From the IMG/VR virus record IMGVR_UViG_3300045684_000013, positions 2,407-66,406 of that record: a stretch of 64,000 nucleotides of DNA; one strand, given 5' to 3'. Origin of the DNA: a virus. The notes under the pieces were generated by a model. The model searched no databases. It saw only the letters and a program-made list of their open reading frames with translations, and was not told where the DNA came from. The position numbers were made by a program, and so were the translations under genes. Positions 19,517-29,839 of this stretch are shown one piece after another (within the stretch, counting starts at the first letter, position 1; every line of letters begins with the position of its first letter).

Positions 19517-21573
19517 TGGGAACAAGAAACCATTTTACTGAAATTGATATTGCCTGTCCACCTGAACAGGATTGCAGTATAACAGCGTCATTGATTGCTG
19601 TGAACAATGTATCTGTTGTCACCTTTTATGGCACAGCCATCACCACCTGTGTCACTGGATTTGTTACAGATGGCATCAGCTGGACTTTCTACATTGGAAC
19701 TGAAACATTTGGCCCAATTGTTCAGTCAACCATTGGCAGCCTGCCAACAATGACCATTACACAGGGTGCTGCTGCTGGTTCAATATTAGCCATTGATTGG
19801 ACTAATTTTTTTAGCCCTGTAATTACACAGCAGAATGACTTGGTTGCATCCTTGGTCATTTATGGGACAATGAAGGCTGAAGATGACTGCGGATGCACAA
19901 AGGCAGTTTCTGCATCAGCTGGAATGGCTGATGATGTCTTAATACCTGCACCACTTCTGATTGTGAAGTTTGATGGTGATGTGTCTGCACCAAATGTGGC
20001 AGGTGTGGGCACGGATTCAACCACAGATGTCAATGGTGATGTCACTTTTTCCGGCCAAGTGTATGACTTTGCCACGGGTGCTGTGCCAACAGGGCCAACA
20101 GCTGGCTGTTCATTGGTGTTTTCTTTTGTTGATTCGATTTCAGGCCAGATCATAAACAGATTTACGTTTGATTATTCTGTTGCCATTGACTTCACAACCG
20201 ATTTGCCAACCGCTTCACTTGATCCTGTGTTTGTTCGGACTGATGGCACAAGTGGCATCATTTCTTGGGCAGATTTTCAGCCATATTTTGACGTATTTTC
20301 AGCAGTTGGGCTGACTGGTGCCATTGATATTTTCTTTCTGAAAGCAAACTTTTGTGAAGCAAACAGGCTGACTGGTTGCCTGCCTACCACAGATGAAGGC
20401 AACAGCACACTTCTGGCTGTGGAGGCATACACAACCTGTGCTGCTGTTTCCAATAGCCCAAAATCAACCACAAACAATCCAAGGGCACAGGTTGAAGCAC
20501 GTGTTGTGCAACCAATTCCATTGACAGTTGATTCACAAACGGGTGAAATTCTTTTTTGTGCAGCTGGTGGCAGTTCTGCTGTTCAGGATTTGATGGCAGT
20601 TGACATTGCAACAGGGTGTGTAAAAAAATATCCAGAAGTCAGGGCATTCACAGATGCTTCAGCAACTGGAACCCTTGGCTATACAGGGCTGCTGGCAGAC
20701 ACAACAAGGCAATCAGGAGGCAGGGACATTTTATATCTATCAAATCAGGACAGCACAGGCAGCAATCATTCACTTCTTCAGCTTTCATGGAATACTGGCA
20801 CGGCTGAATGGGATATTGTGGAAATGTTGGTGACCGTGTCGCTGCCACCAGTGATTGTGCTTGACACATTCAGGATATACAATGGCAGACCAACGTTAGG
20901 TGGTGGCTGGTTTGGAAGCTACATGTTTATTTACTACACTGGTGTTGGTGATACATATGCAATGCTCGAAGTGACAGGCGCACAAATGGGCACCACGAAT
21001 GGTGCAGGTGCTGGCTCGCTTGATCCATTCACAGGTGAAATTTATCTTTTTGCCGGTTCTGCTGCTGCTGGCCTTCAGCGAATGTTCAGAATTAAAACAA
21101 CTGGTGACCCAACCATCCTTGCCAATTGGAGTGGCACGCGGCTTGGCATGTTTGATTTTTCCATTGATGCTGATGGACCTTTGCCAACATCTGCGCCAGC
21201 TGTTGGCTTTGTTACATCTGAAAGCATGCACACTGGCTTCCAATTTAATGCAAAAACTGAAATACTTCTGACAGACAGATCGAATAACAAAATAAAAAAA
21301 ATTACATCAATCACAGGTGGTGGTGGTAATGGTGATTGGCGTATTGACACCATTGCTGGTGATGGTGTGGCTGCAACGACTGATGGCAATGGCCTTTCTG
21401 CTCAATTCAACGTACCACGTGGAATAATTGAATGGCCTGCCCTTTCTGATGTATATTACATCACAGAACGGTTTGGCCATGTCATCAGGAAGTATGACAG
21501 AAGCACAGGTGATGTGACAACCGTTTACACAGTTGATTTGGTTTCTGCCAACCGTGGCAGCTTATATTTTTGA
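19516..21573 (+). CDS. virion protein with C-terminal NHL-repeat beta-propeller
   Basis: LTDRSNNKIKKI, TIAGDG..ATTDGNGLSAQFNVPRGI, ITERFGHVIRKY. Confidence 0.7.
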   Translation: MGTRNHFTEIDIACPPEQDCSITASLIAVNNVSVVTFYGTAITTCVTGFVTDGISWTFYIGTETFGPIVQSTIGSLPTMTITQGAAAGSILAIDWTNFFSPVITQQNDLVASLVIYGTMKAEDDCGCTKAVSASAGMADDVLIPAPLLIVKFDGDVSAPNVAGVGTDSTTDVNGDVTFSGQVYDFATGAVPTGPTAGCSLVFSFVDSISGQIINRFTFDYSVAIDFTTDLPTASLDPVFVRTDGTSGIISWADFQPYFDVFSAVGLTGAIDIFFLKANFCEANRLTGCLPTTDEGNSTLLAVEAYTTCAAVSNSPKSTTNNPRAQVEARVVQPIPLTVDSQTGEILFCAAGGSSAVQDLMAVDIATGCVKKYPEVRAFTDASATGTLGYTGLLADTTRQSGGRDILYLSNQDSTGSNHSLLQLSWNTGTAEWDIVEMLVTVSLPPVIVLDTFRIYNGRPTLGGGWFGSYMFIYYTGVGDTYAMLEVTGAQMGTTNGAGAGSLDPFTGEIYLFAGSAAAGLQRMFRIKTTGDPTILANWSGTRLGMFDFSIDADGPLPTSAPAVGFVTSESMHTGFQFNAKTEILLTDRSNNKIKKITSITGGGGNGDWRIDTIAGDGVAATTDGNGLSAQFNVPRGIIEWPALSDVYYITERFGHVIRKYDRSTGDVTTVYTVDLVSANRGSLYF

Positions 21574-21574
21574 T

Positions 21575-22444
21575 ATGTCAATAATAATTGGTAATAATAG
21601 GGCACTGACTGCAACCGTTCTGAAAGATCACATCTTTTGGAAAATTGATGCATCAGGCAGCCTTGAACCATTCACATTGGCAACTTCTGTCATTCATGGG
21701 CTGGAAGAAGAAAGCCAGAATGAAAACCCTGATTTGCCTGTGATTGGAAATAGGCATTTTCAAGGCGAATCAGTACCAGCACCAAGGCTGATACCATACA
21801 TTGGCAGTGACATACCATTACCTGATTCACCTGAATTCAGGGCACTTCTGAAGCTGACACGTTCTAACTTCCCTACTGACTATCCAAGCATACAAGCAGC
21901 AGCAGCAGAAGTTTTTGGCCTATACTCTGCAATTGATTCTGAAATATACCTGACCACCAAAAAAAAGCCAGAATTTTATGCAAGGTCAAAAAATGCAAAA
22001 TACAGGGATGATGGCAAGGCTGTATTCAGTACACGCGGATCAAAAAGGGCTGGACAGTCAATTGCCAATGATAACGGGTACAGATTTTCTATTGAAATTT
22101 ACATAGGCACCAGCCTTGATGTGCCATTTGCTTATGTGGGCAGATATGTCAAAAATGGTGGCAATTCAATTGCAAATGATGACCTGAATTTTGGCAATGG
22201 TATTCTTGATTTTTCAAGCATTGTGAATGGTGCCAGCAACAAAGCTGCCATTGAAACCGCACTGTCACCATCTGGCAGCATGAATTCAAATGGCTTTACT
22301 GTAAATGCAGATTCAATGTTTGACAGGCTGGAAGAATTGGGCATCATTCCAGCAGGAACAGCACGCGCATTGTCAATTGTTTCAATAGCAATGGACAGGA
22401 CAGACAATAAACTTTCAATCTGGACGATAAGGGAAAATATATGA
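21575..22444 (+). CDS. hypothetical structural protein
   Basis: Coupled ORF in the late operon. Confidence 0.5.
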   Translation: MSIIIGNNRALTATVLKDHIFWKIDASGSLEPFTLATSVIHGLEEESQNENPDLPVIGNRHFQGESVPAPRLIPYIGSDIPLPDSPEFRALLKLTRSNFPTDYPSIQAAAAEVFGLYSAIDSEIYLTTKKKPEFYARSKNAKYRDDGKAVFSTRGSKRAGQSIANDNGYRFSIEIYIGTSLDVPFAYVGRYVKNGGNSIANDDLNFGNGILDFSSIVNGASNKAAIETALSPSGSMNSNGFTVNADSMFDRLEELGIIPAGTARALSIVSIAMDRTDNKLSIWTIRENI

Positions 22445-22728
22445 AAGGTACAAAACAGGCTTTTTTATCCATTGTTGACCTAACGAAGCACACAACTGAA
22501 GAAGGGCCAAAAAGAGTGCTGAACAATTTCTATATTGTGCAGAAATACCGTGGAAGAAGGTTTCTTGCACAAAATTGGCAGGAAGATCAGGCAGGGAAAT
22601 TGGAAATGAAAGAAGTTGTTGAAGTACCAATCAGGCATGTCAGGGAATTGGTTCAAAAAAGTACAAACATAAAAAAATGGTATTTGGCATTGAAAGCAAA
22701 AAACATTCATTTACTGATTCAAAAGTGA
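22441..22728 (+). CDS. hypothetical protein
   Basis: ATGA coupling. Confidence 0.5.
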   Translation: MKGTKQAFLSIVDLTKHTTEEGPKRVLNNFYIVQKYRGRRFLAQNWQEDQAGKLEMKEVVEVPIRHVRELVQKSTNIKKWYLALKAKNIHLLIQK

Positions 22729-22736
22729 TAAAAAAA

Positions 22737-23003
22737 ATGCCACAAACCACATCGGGCGACCTTGGCGGATTGTTAGGAACATTCGCCACAATACTTGCTG
22801 CAATTTTCAGTTTCTTAACTGAAAATTGGGTGCAAATTCTTACCCTTGCTTTCTCTGCTGTTGCTCTTACTTATACAATCAAAAATTCACGTGCTGCCTT
22901 TGCTTTGAAACGGCTTGAAATAGAGCATGCAAAAATCAAGATAAATATTGATAAAATGGCTTGGAAAAAAGCATCAAGCCAGACTGAAGAACCAGAACAG
23001 TAA
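22737..23003 (+). CDS. holin-like membrane protein
   Basis: 88 aa, two hydrophobic segments, charged C-tail. Confidence 0.5.
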   Translation: MPQTTSGDLGGLLGTFATILAAIFSFLTENWVQILTLAFSAVALTYTIKNSRAAFALKRLEIEHAKIKINIDKMAWKKASSQTEEPEQ

Positions 23004-23028
23004 AATCAGCAACAATCAAACAAAAATC

Positions 23029-24828
23029 ATGACTGAGCAGCTTATTTTATCAGATGGAATTGGCAAAGGGTGGCAAACAATTGACTTTGGTGGCCTGCTG
23101 GATTGGCAAAGAAATGACATCAGCCCTGTTGTCATTTCGGGTGGTGGCAAATTCAGGTTTCTGAATTTCGATGCATCCACTTTTGGTGGGCCTGCTTTGT
23201 TTGAAATCATGTTGCCACGGAAGCGGTCACGGCTTCCTGCCAATTGGGAACTTGAAATTGAATTTGAAAATATTAATGCAAAGTATGCTGAAGGTGTGGC
23301 ACCAGCTGACTTTGATACCGTGCCAAGATTCTTCCAGTCAAACCACATTGGCCACACCACTGGCTTCAGGGTGAAAAATGTGAAAACATTTGGCCTGTCT
23401 GGTCTGATGATCAAGGGCGGATATGCAGGAAGGGCGCAAGATGGGAAAAAGGCCATTCATATTGATGGCTTGATTGAATACGACCCAAACCCTGACATCT
23501 ATGAAGCAGGTCAAATCATCACCTTTGAACAGGCTGTTGCAGGTGGAGGTGACGCAAATGGGCATGCAATTACACAATATGCTGCACTAAAAAAATGGAA
23601 TGATATTAAGCGAAGCAATGAATTTAGCAGGCATGCACTTGGTGTCAGAAATCTTCAGAACATCATCACGACACAGGAAGACGTGCTGATTGAAAATGTC
23701 ATCATCAACACCATGCAGGGCAAGGCTGGTGATGAATTGCGTCAAAGGATCAGAATTTTTCACGATATGATGAACACTGTCTTGGCATCCATGCCAGAAC
23801 TGGTCAAGCGTGATGCAGATGGCATTGTGCAGTCATCTGGCGCCGTGGTCAGGAATGTGGCTGTTGTTGGGCACGCAACACCTGAAGTGAGGCAAGACGG
23901 ATGCCCTTTCCTGACAGATGCACTGTCATATCAGTGGGATGGTCAATATGTTGAATCAGGAGATGGCCAAGTGCTAAAATACGCGGCCAACACGCTTTTC
24001 AAAAATGTGCTGTCTATCAATGGGATGAATGTGACATTGCAGACTGCATCAAAAAATGCAAATTTTTACACTGATTCAAAGACGGTAGCTGGTGAAGATT
24101 TTTTTGGCACAGGTGTCAGAAGTCCATGGAATGGCACAGGTGCAGCACAGCAGTCAAAGCCAGTCAATGGCAGTGAAGGCTATTTGTCAGAATTCAGTAA
24201 ATGCGAAGCATTTTACTTTAATACGCGGAAATATCCAGGAATTTATAATTTTGTGGATTGGGTGAATGGAAGGCAAACCAGAATAACACCTGAAGAATTT
24301 CCAGATGGCACGGGTGTTTGGCCATACAAGGGCGCAAGGGCCAATGTATGGAGAACTGGCACACCTGAAGACGTGCCAGCAGTCAGGGAAGAATTTGCCA
24401 ACTGGTTTGCTGAAATGCTGCCTGAAAATATGCGGGAATTTATGCCTTTTTCAAAATTCTTTGGAGTGGCAACAGGTGGAGGCACTGACCCTGACCCTGA
24501 CTGTGACTGTGACTGTGACTGTGACAAGCTGGCTGCTGAAGTCAAGGTTGTCACTGGTATGCTTGAAGCAGCAACAGAACATGTGAACACGCTGAAGGCC
24601 ACAAATGCTGAACTGGCTGCTAAGAATGCAACCTTGGTGGCTGAAGTGAATGCAGCAGCAGTTGAAGCCAAGGCACTTCAGGCTAGTATCAATGCGCTAA
24701 AAATTGACAAAAAAGACCTGACATTGAAATTGGAAGCCATGACAGCCACTTATGAAAAACTGAAAGCAGGTGTACTGGCTTCACGTGATGAATTGAAACG
24801 ATTATTGAATAATTTGCCCATTTCTTAG
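23029..24828 (+). CDS. large hypothetical protein with (DC)n linker and C-terminal coiled coil
   Basis: 599 aa; DPDPDCDCDCDCD followed by an Ala/Leu heptad-rich helix. Confidence 0.65.
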   Translation: MTEQLILSDGIGKGWQTIDFGGLLDWQRNDISPVVISGGGKFRFLNFDASTFGGPALFEIMLPRKRSRLPANWELEIEFENINAKYAEGVAPADFDTVPRFFQSNHIGHTTGFRVKNVKTFGLSGLMIKGGYAGRAQDGKKAIHIDGLIEYDPNPDIYEAGQIITFEQAVAGGGDANGHAITQYAALKKWNDIKRSNEFSRHALGVRNLQNIITTQEDVLIENVIINTMQGKAGDELRQRIRIFHDMMNTVLASMPELVKRDADGIVQSSGAVVRNVAVVGHATPEVRQDGCPFLTDALSYQWDGQYVESGDGQVLKYAANTLFKNVLSINGMNVTLQTASKNANFYTDSKTVAGEDFFGTGVRSPWNGTGAAQQSKPVNGSEGYLSEFSKCEAFYFNTRKYPGIYNFVDWVNGRQTRITPEEFPDGTGVWPYKGARANVWRTGTPEDVPAVREEFANWFAEMLPENMREFMPFSKFFGVATGGGTDPDPDCDCDCDCDKLAAEVKVVTGMLEAATEHVNTLKATNAELAAKNATLVAEVNAAAVEAKALQASINALKIDKKDLTLKLEAMTATYEKLKAGVLASRDELKRLLNNLPIS

Positions 24829-24853
24829 GGCAACTGCATCCACGTTCTTTTTT

Positions 24854-24990
24854 GGCTGGTCAGCGATGATCAGCCTTTTTTTTGCATTTATTTTCAAATA
24901 TGTTTGCAAGCCTGAAACCTTTTTTGCATCTTTGAAGTGTTGGGCAATGAAGCTTGGCAGTTCATTCACATCAAATACATCAAAAAAATG
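24854..24990 (+). promoter_or_regulatory. dispersed cassette, copy 3
   Basis: Hairpin GGCTGGTCA-GCGA-TGATCAGCC plus T-run, conserved core, ATG 24988. Confidence 0.9.
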
Positions 24991-25278
24991 GAAATCATTT
25001 TACAAATTATCATCAATGCCCTGCCTTGGATGCAAGCCAATTTTGAAAAAGAAAAAGCATCGTTCATGAAAAAGGAATTGGACGAAATGAAAAAGCTGTT
25101 CATTGATATTTCAGCCCTTGACAGTGAAGAAAAAGCCATCAAGTGGCTGGAATCAGAAGAAGCAAAAGAGATGAAAGCAGGTGGAAACCTTAGCCGGAAA
25201 ATTCAAATCAGCTTCATTCTTGTGAAATACAAGATTGCACAAAAAAAAGTCAGCCAATTGGTTGACTTTTTTTTGTGA
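24988..25278 (+). CDS. hypothetical protein, gene of cassette copy 3
   Basis: ATG at the end of the cassette leader. Confidence 0.65.
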   Translation: MEIILQIIINALPWMQANFEKEKASFMKKELDEMKKLFIDISALDSEEKAIKWLESEEAKEMKAGGNLSRKIQISFILVKYKIAQKKVSQLVDFFL

Positions 25279-25343
25279 ACTGGTTTTTGCAATTTTCGTA
25301 TATTGGAAGAAACTTTTTTCTCGTCAACATCAATATCATTCAA

Positions 25344-26243
25344 ATGAATCAAAAAACACTTCTTTCTGCATTCATTGCTGCCCTGTCAGCGGCTGCAATT
25401 GTGTCTGCCCTTCTTTATGTTGTGCCACTGATTGATGGCCAAGGTGGCCAGCAGACAGCATCAACATCAAAGATTGTGGCTTCATTCTTCTTCATTATGG
25501 TTGTGGAGGCATTGAGGGCCATTTTTGTGATTTCAAACACATATATCAGAAGAATCAGCAAAACATGGGGAATTGCCATGATTTTCATGTCATTACTTGT
25601 CACGGCTGGTTTTGCCGTGGCCATCTGGCACGCTTATGGCAAAAATCCACAAAATGAATTCTTTTTCTGGATTGGCCAGATATACAATGTTTTGATTTTG
25701 GCTTCTGAATGGTCAGTTGGAACTGTTGTGACTGGTCTGGCCATCAAGTGGAAAGACCTTGAAGAAGATTTCAAGAATGTTGATTCATTGAAATATGACA
25801 TTTACGCTGAAACAGGTGGCACGGCTGGCCTGATTGATTGGCAGAAAATGCCTGAAATTCTTTGGCCATTGCAGGATGTCATGAAGGGTGTGCATTCATT
25901 TATAGACGTTTTACAAAAAGGCAGTCAGGGCCATTCAGAACAGGCAGCCAGCTGGCAAAAAAAGTTTGAAAATCTTCAGGTCTCCACGTCTGGCAAGGTC
26001 AAAATATTTGAATTTGCAGCAAACATGTGGGCATTGTCTGGCAACAGTAGGCGTGACTATGTGGTGTTTTGTGGAGGCATAGACAATTCAGGTGATTGCA
26101 AGCCATTTGAAACTTCAAGAAATAACAAACAGGCCACCTGCCCGGGCTGTGGCAAGCATCATGACCGGGAAAGGGCACAGGAAGCCTTTCAGCAGATCAC
26201 TGGTGCCATGTATTCAGATGGTGGTGCAAGTGTGTCAAAATAG
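25344..26243 (+). CDS. multi-pass membrane protein with C-terminal Zn-ribbon-like motif
   Basis: About 4 hydrophobic segments; CPGCGKH. Confidence 0.65.
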   Translation: MNQKTLLSAFIAALSAAAIVSALLYVVPLIDGQGGQQTASTSKIVASFFFIMVVEALRAIFVISNTYIRRISKTWGIAMIFMSLLVTAGFAVAIWHAYGKNPQNEFFFWIGQIYNVLILASEWSVGTVVTGLAIKWKDLEEDFKNVDSLKYDIYAETGGTAGLIDWQKMPEILWPLQDVMKGVHSFIDVLQKGSQGHSEQAASWQKKFENLQVSTSGKVKIFEFAANMWALSGNSRRDYVVFCGGIDNSGDCKPFETSRNNKQATCPGCGKHHDRERAQEAFQQITGAMYSDGGASVSK

Positions 26244-26311
26244 GAAACAATTCAACACGGGCCTTTTGTGGGCCTTATATAGCAAGTCAAACATTTTAAA
26301 ACAGAAGCAAA

Positions 26312-27019
26312 ATGGAAGAATCAAGTTTGTTTAGGCATGAAGCAGATGATTGTGGCAATCATCATTTTTGGTTGAAGGAAGAACATGTCAGTGGTGGCAC
26401 CAACTGGCTTGGTCTGATTAAGGCTTTTTTTGCTGTTGGTGTCATTGCCATGGTGCTTCGTGCCACCAATGGAATATGGGCAAAGCCACCAGCTGCTGAC
26501 ATGGGCTTCAGGGTGGTCAGGCCATCCATCTGGCCACAGGTGTTTGCTGTTGTGGCTGGTGTGGTATTGACTGTCATTGCCCTGATGTTTGTGGGATGGC
26601 AGATATATCTACTGACAAGGGATGGCAAAAAATATTGGGCCTTCAGGGTAGCCAAGTGGTCAGCAAAAAAACTGTCAGTCATACTGGCATTTGGCTGGTC
26701 AGGTGTTAGTCATGTTGGTGCAAAGCTTAGTCAGGGCACTGTCATTGCTGGTCAGGTGTCAGTCAAGGTCAGTCAGGTGTTGGTCATGGTGGTTAGCAAG
26801 GCTGCTTCAAGGCTTGTGGAGGTGATCAAAACCAGCACAGCGCATAAAAGCCAACCAATGCCAAAAAAACCTGCCAGTCATGTTCAGTCATCTGGTGTGG
26901 CATTGATCAATGGTGAAGTCATACCAAAAGAATTGACACAGCTGGCCATGATGCTTCAGGATGTGAAAGCCACGGGGAACAAGGTCAGAATTGATGCAAG
27001 CAGGATCAATGAAAACTGA
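26312..27019 (+). CDS. membrane protein
   Basis: Two hydrophobic segments. Confidence 0.6.
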   Translation: MEESSLFRHEADDCGNHHFWLKEEHVSGGTNWLGLIKAFFAVGVIAMVLRATNGIWAKPPAADMGFRVVRPSIWPQVFAVVAGVVLTVIALMFVGWQIYLLTRDGKKYWAFRVAKWSAKKLSVILAFGWSGVSHVGAKLSQGTVIAGQVSVKVSQVLVMVVSKAASRLVEVIKTSTAHKSQPMPKKPASHVQSSGVALINGEVIPKELTQLAMMLQDVKATGNKVRIDASRINEN

Positions 27020-27137
27020 AACAAAAATCAGCAGCAGGCTGGCCAGATTGGTGGCCATCCTGCTGCTGCCATTGATGGCTGTGTGCCTGATGGTAATTGT
27101 CATCGTTACGAAGTGGGATGAACGCGAAAAGGAATAA
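27009..27137 (+). CDS. 42-aa single-pass membrane peptide
   Basis: MKTETKISSRLARLVAILLLPLMAVCLMVIVIV...; fills the gap. Confidence 0.5.
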   Translation: MKTETKISSRLARLVAILLLPLMAVCLMVIVIVTKWDEREKE

Positions 27138-27142
27138 AAAAA

Positions 27143-27706
27143 ATGCCTTATAAAGTATCAATAACAGAAGCAATTGGCAGGGAAAAGTCACGGGCACTGA
27201 AAAAGGCTGTGGCTTATGTATTGACATTCTGTGGCCTGTATGCATTGGCAGGAACTGTCTTTTTATCATGGGCACTTTTCAAAAATTATTTCTGTCTTGA
27301 ATGTCAGGGCCAGTTTGAAAGCAGGATTTCAATTTGGTATCTGGTTGCAGTTGGCCTTGGTGTCATATTGGCACGAATGGGCTATAAATACATAAAGAGA
27401 ACAGAAGCATACAAGGCGGCCATTGAAGCCTTGAAGCGTGCTGGAAGCCCTGAAGCCTTTGGTGATGAATCAGGGTTTGGCTCTGATGATGAAGTTGAAA
27501 GAATGCTGATGCAAATGGGCATTGACAATGTGAGGCCACCAAGAGCAGAAAAAATTCAAAAAGTTGTTGATGAAGGCAAGCTGTCATCATTTGAAGTTGC
27601 AATGCATGAAACAATGGAAGTGCAGCAGCGTGAAATCAAGATTCTGAAGGAAATGATTAACAGGATGCGCGGCTTGAATGCTGATGGAACTGAAAAAGAA
27701 GATTGA
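27143..27706 (+). CDS. membrane protein
   Basis: Two hydrophobic segments and a cytoplasmic coiled coil. Confidence 0.6.
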   Translation: MPYKVSITEAIGREKSRALKKAVAYVLTFCGLYALAGTVFLSWALFKNYFCLECQGQFESRISIWYLVAVGLGVILARMGYKYIKRTEAYKAAIEALKRAGSPEAFGDESGFGSDDEVERMLMQMGIDNVRPPRAEKIQKVVDEGKLSSFEVAMHETMEVQQREIKILKEMINRMRGLNADGTEKED

Positions 27707-27775
27707 CAGAACACGTGCTATTGTTCGGAGAACATCAACACAGAACATGGTCAGAATGATCAGATTTGCAGTAAA

Positions 27776-28105
27776 ATGCCAGCAGTGAGCAGGCAGCATC
27801 AAAGCCAAGCGAACATGCAGAACAAACAGAACACTGATTTTTTCCTTATTTTTTTACAGAATGACAGAATGTGCAGAATCACAGTGTCACAGATGCCTGA
27901 TGACATGCCTGATGCTGAATTTGTGATTGGGCCAAGGGTGCCATTTTCCAGCAGGGCAGCAGCACAAAGGAAACGTGAAAGGGCATACAAATTGGCACTG
28001 GATGAAGGTGTGACAGGTGGCTGGTTTGAAATGTCAAAACAGGCATTTTCCAGCTTGATTGCATTGACCGTGGAGGACTGCCAGACGGTGACAGAACTGA
28101 ATTAA
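27776..28105 (+). CDS. hypothetical protein (start uncertain)
   Basis: ORF track; the true start is probably downstream. Confidence 0.4.
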   Translation: MPAVSRQHQSQANMQNKQNTDFFLIFLQNDRMCRITVSQMPDDMPDAEFVIGPRVPFSSRAAAQRKRERAYKLALDEGVTGGWFEMSKQAFSSLIALTVEDCQTVTELN

Positions 28106-28125
28106 ATTTTTGCCGTATTTTAGGC

Positions 28126-28755
28126 ATGGCATCAACTAAAAACATAGTTCAGAAAGGTTGGGTATATTTCATGGTTGATGAACCTTGGCTGATGATCATT
28201 GCCCGAACTATTTTTCAGGGTGCCTTCAAGGTCAAAATTGGATATACAACCAGCCTGCTTGACAGACGTGGCCAGCATCAGACTGGCAACAGCAGGCGAA
28301 TTTGGGACATCATCAGGCCACTGAAATTCAGAAGGGCATCAGCAGCCAAGAAATTTGAAACAGTGTGTCACAGGATAGTTGGGCAGGCCAGCAGGGTGCA
28401 TGAAGCTGGCAATGGGCAAGAATGGTATTGGTGCAGCTGGCTGATGCTTTTCAGGCTTCAAGTCATTCACGGTAAAATGCACAGAAGAAGTGGGCCATTG
28501 TTGATTGCGTTCATTGCTGCATTTTTCAGGTTTGTCAGAAGAATTCTGGCCTTTATGATAAACATTCCTTTATGGTTTATCGTTTTTGTACTGTTGGGTA
28601 TAAAAAATGCACTTCATTTTGGGGGAATGCTTTCAGATTTCATTTATAAGCCATTCCAGCCATACAACAGGAAATTCCTGCAATGGGTTGCAGGCGAAAG
28701 TAAAAAAGAAAATTCAGGCCTGTGTGTGCAGGCATCCCGCGTTTGCACTGCCTGA
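28126..28755 (+). CDS. T5orf172/GIY-YIG-like domain protein with hydrophobic C-terminus
   Basis: GWVYFM...VKIGYTT..DRR..HQTGN...E..CH...GQEWY. Confidence 0.7.
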   Translation: MASTKNIVQKGWVYFMVDEPWLMIIARTIFQGAFKVKIGYTTSLLDRRGQHQTGNSRRIWDIIRPLKFRRASAAKKFETVCHRIVGQASRVHEAGNGQEWYWCSWLMLFRLQVIHGKMHRRSGPLLIAFIAAFFRFVRRILAFMINIPLWFIVFVLLGIKNALHFGGMLSDFIYKPFQPYNRKFLQWVAGESKKENSGLCVQASRVCTA

Positions 28756-28776
28756 TTCTGATGTTGATGTTTTTGA

Positions 28777-28806
28777 AAAACAGGTTGCATTTATGCAACC
28801 TGTTTT
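28777..28806. promoter_or_regulatory. inverted repeat (operator or terminator)
   Basis: AAAACAGGTTGCAT-TT-ATGCAACCTGTTTT, upstream of the wHTH gene. Confidence 0.5.
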
Positions 28807-28854
28807 GTTTTTTGCCGTTCAGTTTATTATCATCAATGAAACTAAAAAAAACAA

Positions 28855-29211
28855 ATGGGATTGACTAAGACAGACAAGCAGCCAAGCATTCATGCATTCT
28901 TCAAAGACCTTCAAAAATTCAATGAAGAAATTGGCATCAGTTCACACAAGCAAATGATTTTGCTTTCTTATGTTTATGAAAATGACCTTGAATCATTCAC
29001 ACCTTCTGACCTGATTTATTGGACAGGCATGCCAAAGGTGACCACATACAGATTCTGTCAGAATTTCTGTGACAATGGGCTTTTTACAGACCTTGGCAAA
29101 AAGGTCAGCAAGCCTGTCACCACTGGTATTGACAACAGAAGCAGGCTGCTAAGGGTGGACAAGAAAAGCAAGGTTTGGAAAAGTTTCAAAGCACTTGCAT
29201 TGTCAATGTAG
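28855..29211 (+). CDS. winged-helix DNA-binding protein
   Basis: TPSDLIYWTGMPKVTTYRFCQNFCDNGL...DNRSRLL, MarR-like pattern. Confidence 0.6.
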   Translation: MGLTKTDKQPSIHAFFKDLQKFNEEIGISSHKQMILLSYVYENDLESFTPSDLIYWTGMPKVTTYRFCQNFCDNGLFTDLGKKVSKPVTTGIDNRSRLLRVDKKSKVWKSFKALALSM

Positions 29212-29233
29212 TATCAACATCAGCATCACATCA

Positions 29234-29839
29234 ATGGTTTATTTATTTCACTTTGATTCAAAGCTGTCACATGCACAGCATTACTGTGGATATACAGAAT
29301 CCTTCAGGGCTGATGACAGGCTTGAACAGCACATGAATGGCACTGGTGCAAAGATCATGAAGGCAGTGGCTGAAGCCAGCATCAGTTGGCTGATTGCACG
29401 TATCTGGCCACATGGTGACAGGGATTTTGAAAGACATCTAAAGAACAGTAAAAATCTGAAAAGGGTTTGCCCTGTTTGCAATCCTAATGGATGGCGCACC
29501 AGCCAAGAAAAATCATATCAATCCTGTTTGCAAAGACGTGCAGAACGTCTTCAGATTGGGCTAAAAAGGCAGCCAATTACAAAAAACAGCAGGCTTGCAA
29601 TTGGCTGGTTTGGCATTCCTGCCATGCCCGCCAGTAAATCAACAAAGACACACATTGTTGATTCAAAAGGAAGGCCACTGTGTGGATGCAGAATCAGTGT
29701 TGCCAAGTCCTTCCAGTGGTGCCAAACATTTCTAATGAAGGATGTGGCCAGCAGAACCATTGCAGCTGAATGCAGGAAATGTGAACAATCATTGTCAAAA
29801 CTTAGAAAAATCAACAACATCCGATCATGGGAAGATTAA
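29234..29839 (+). CDS. GIY-YIG family nuclease
   Basis: VYLFHF...HYCGYT...RLEQHMNGTGAK...ERHLK. Confidence 0.75.
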   Translation: MVYLFHFDSKLSHAQHYCGYTESFRADDRLEQHMNGTGAKIMKAVAEASISWLIARIWPHGDRDFERHLKNSKNLKRVCPVCNPNGWRTSQEKSYQSCLQRRAERLQIGLKRQPITKNSRLAIGWFGIPAMPASKSTKTHIVDSKGRPLCGCRISVAKSFQWCQTFLMKDVASRTIAAECRKCEQSLSKLRKINNIRSWED

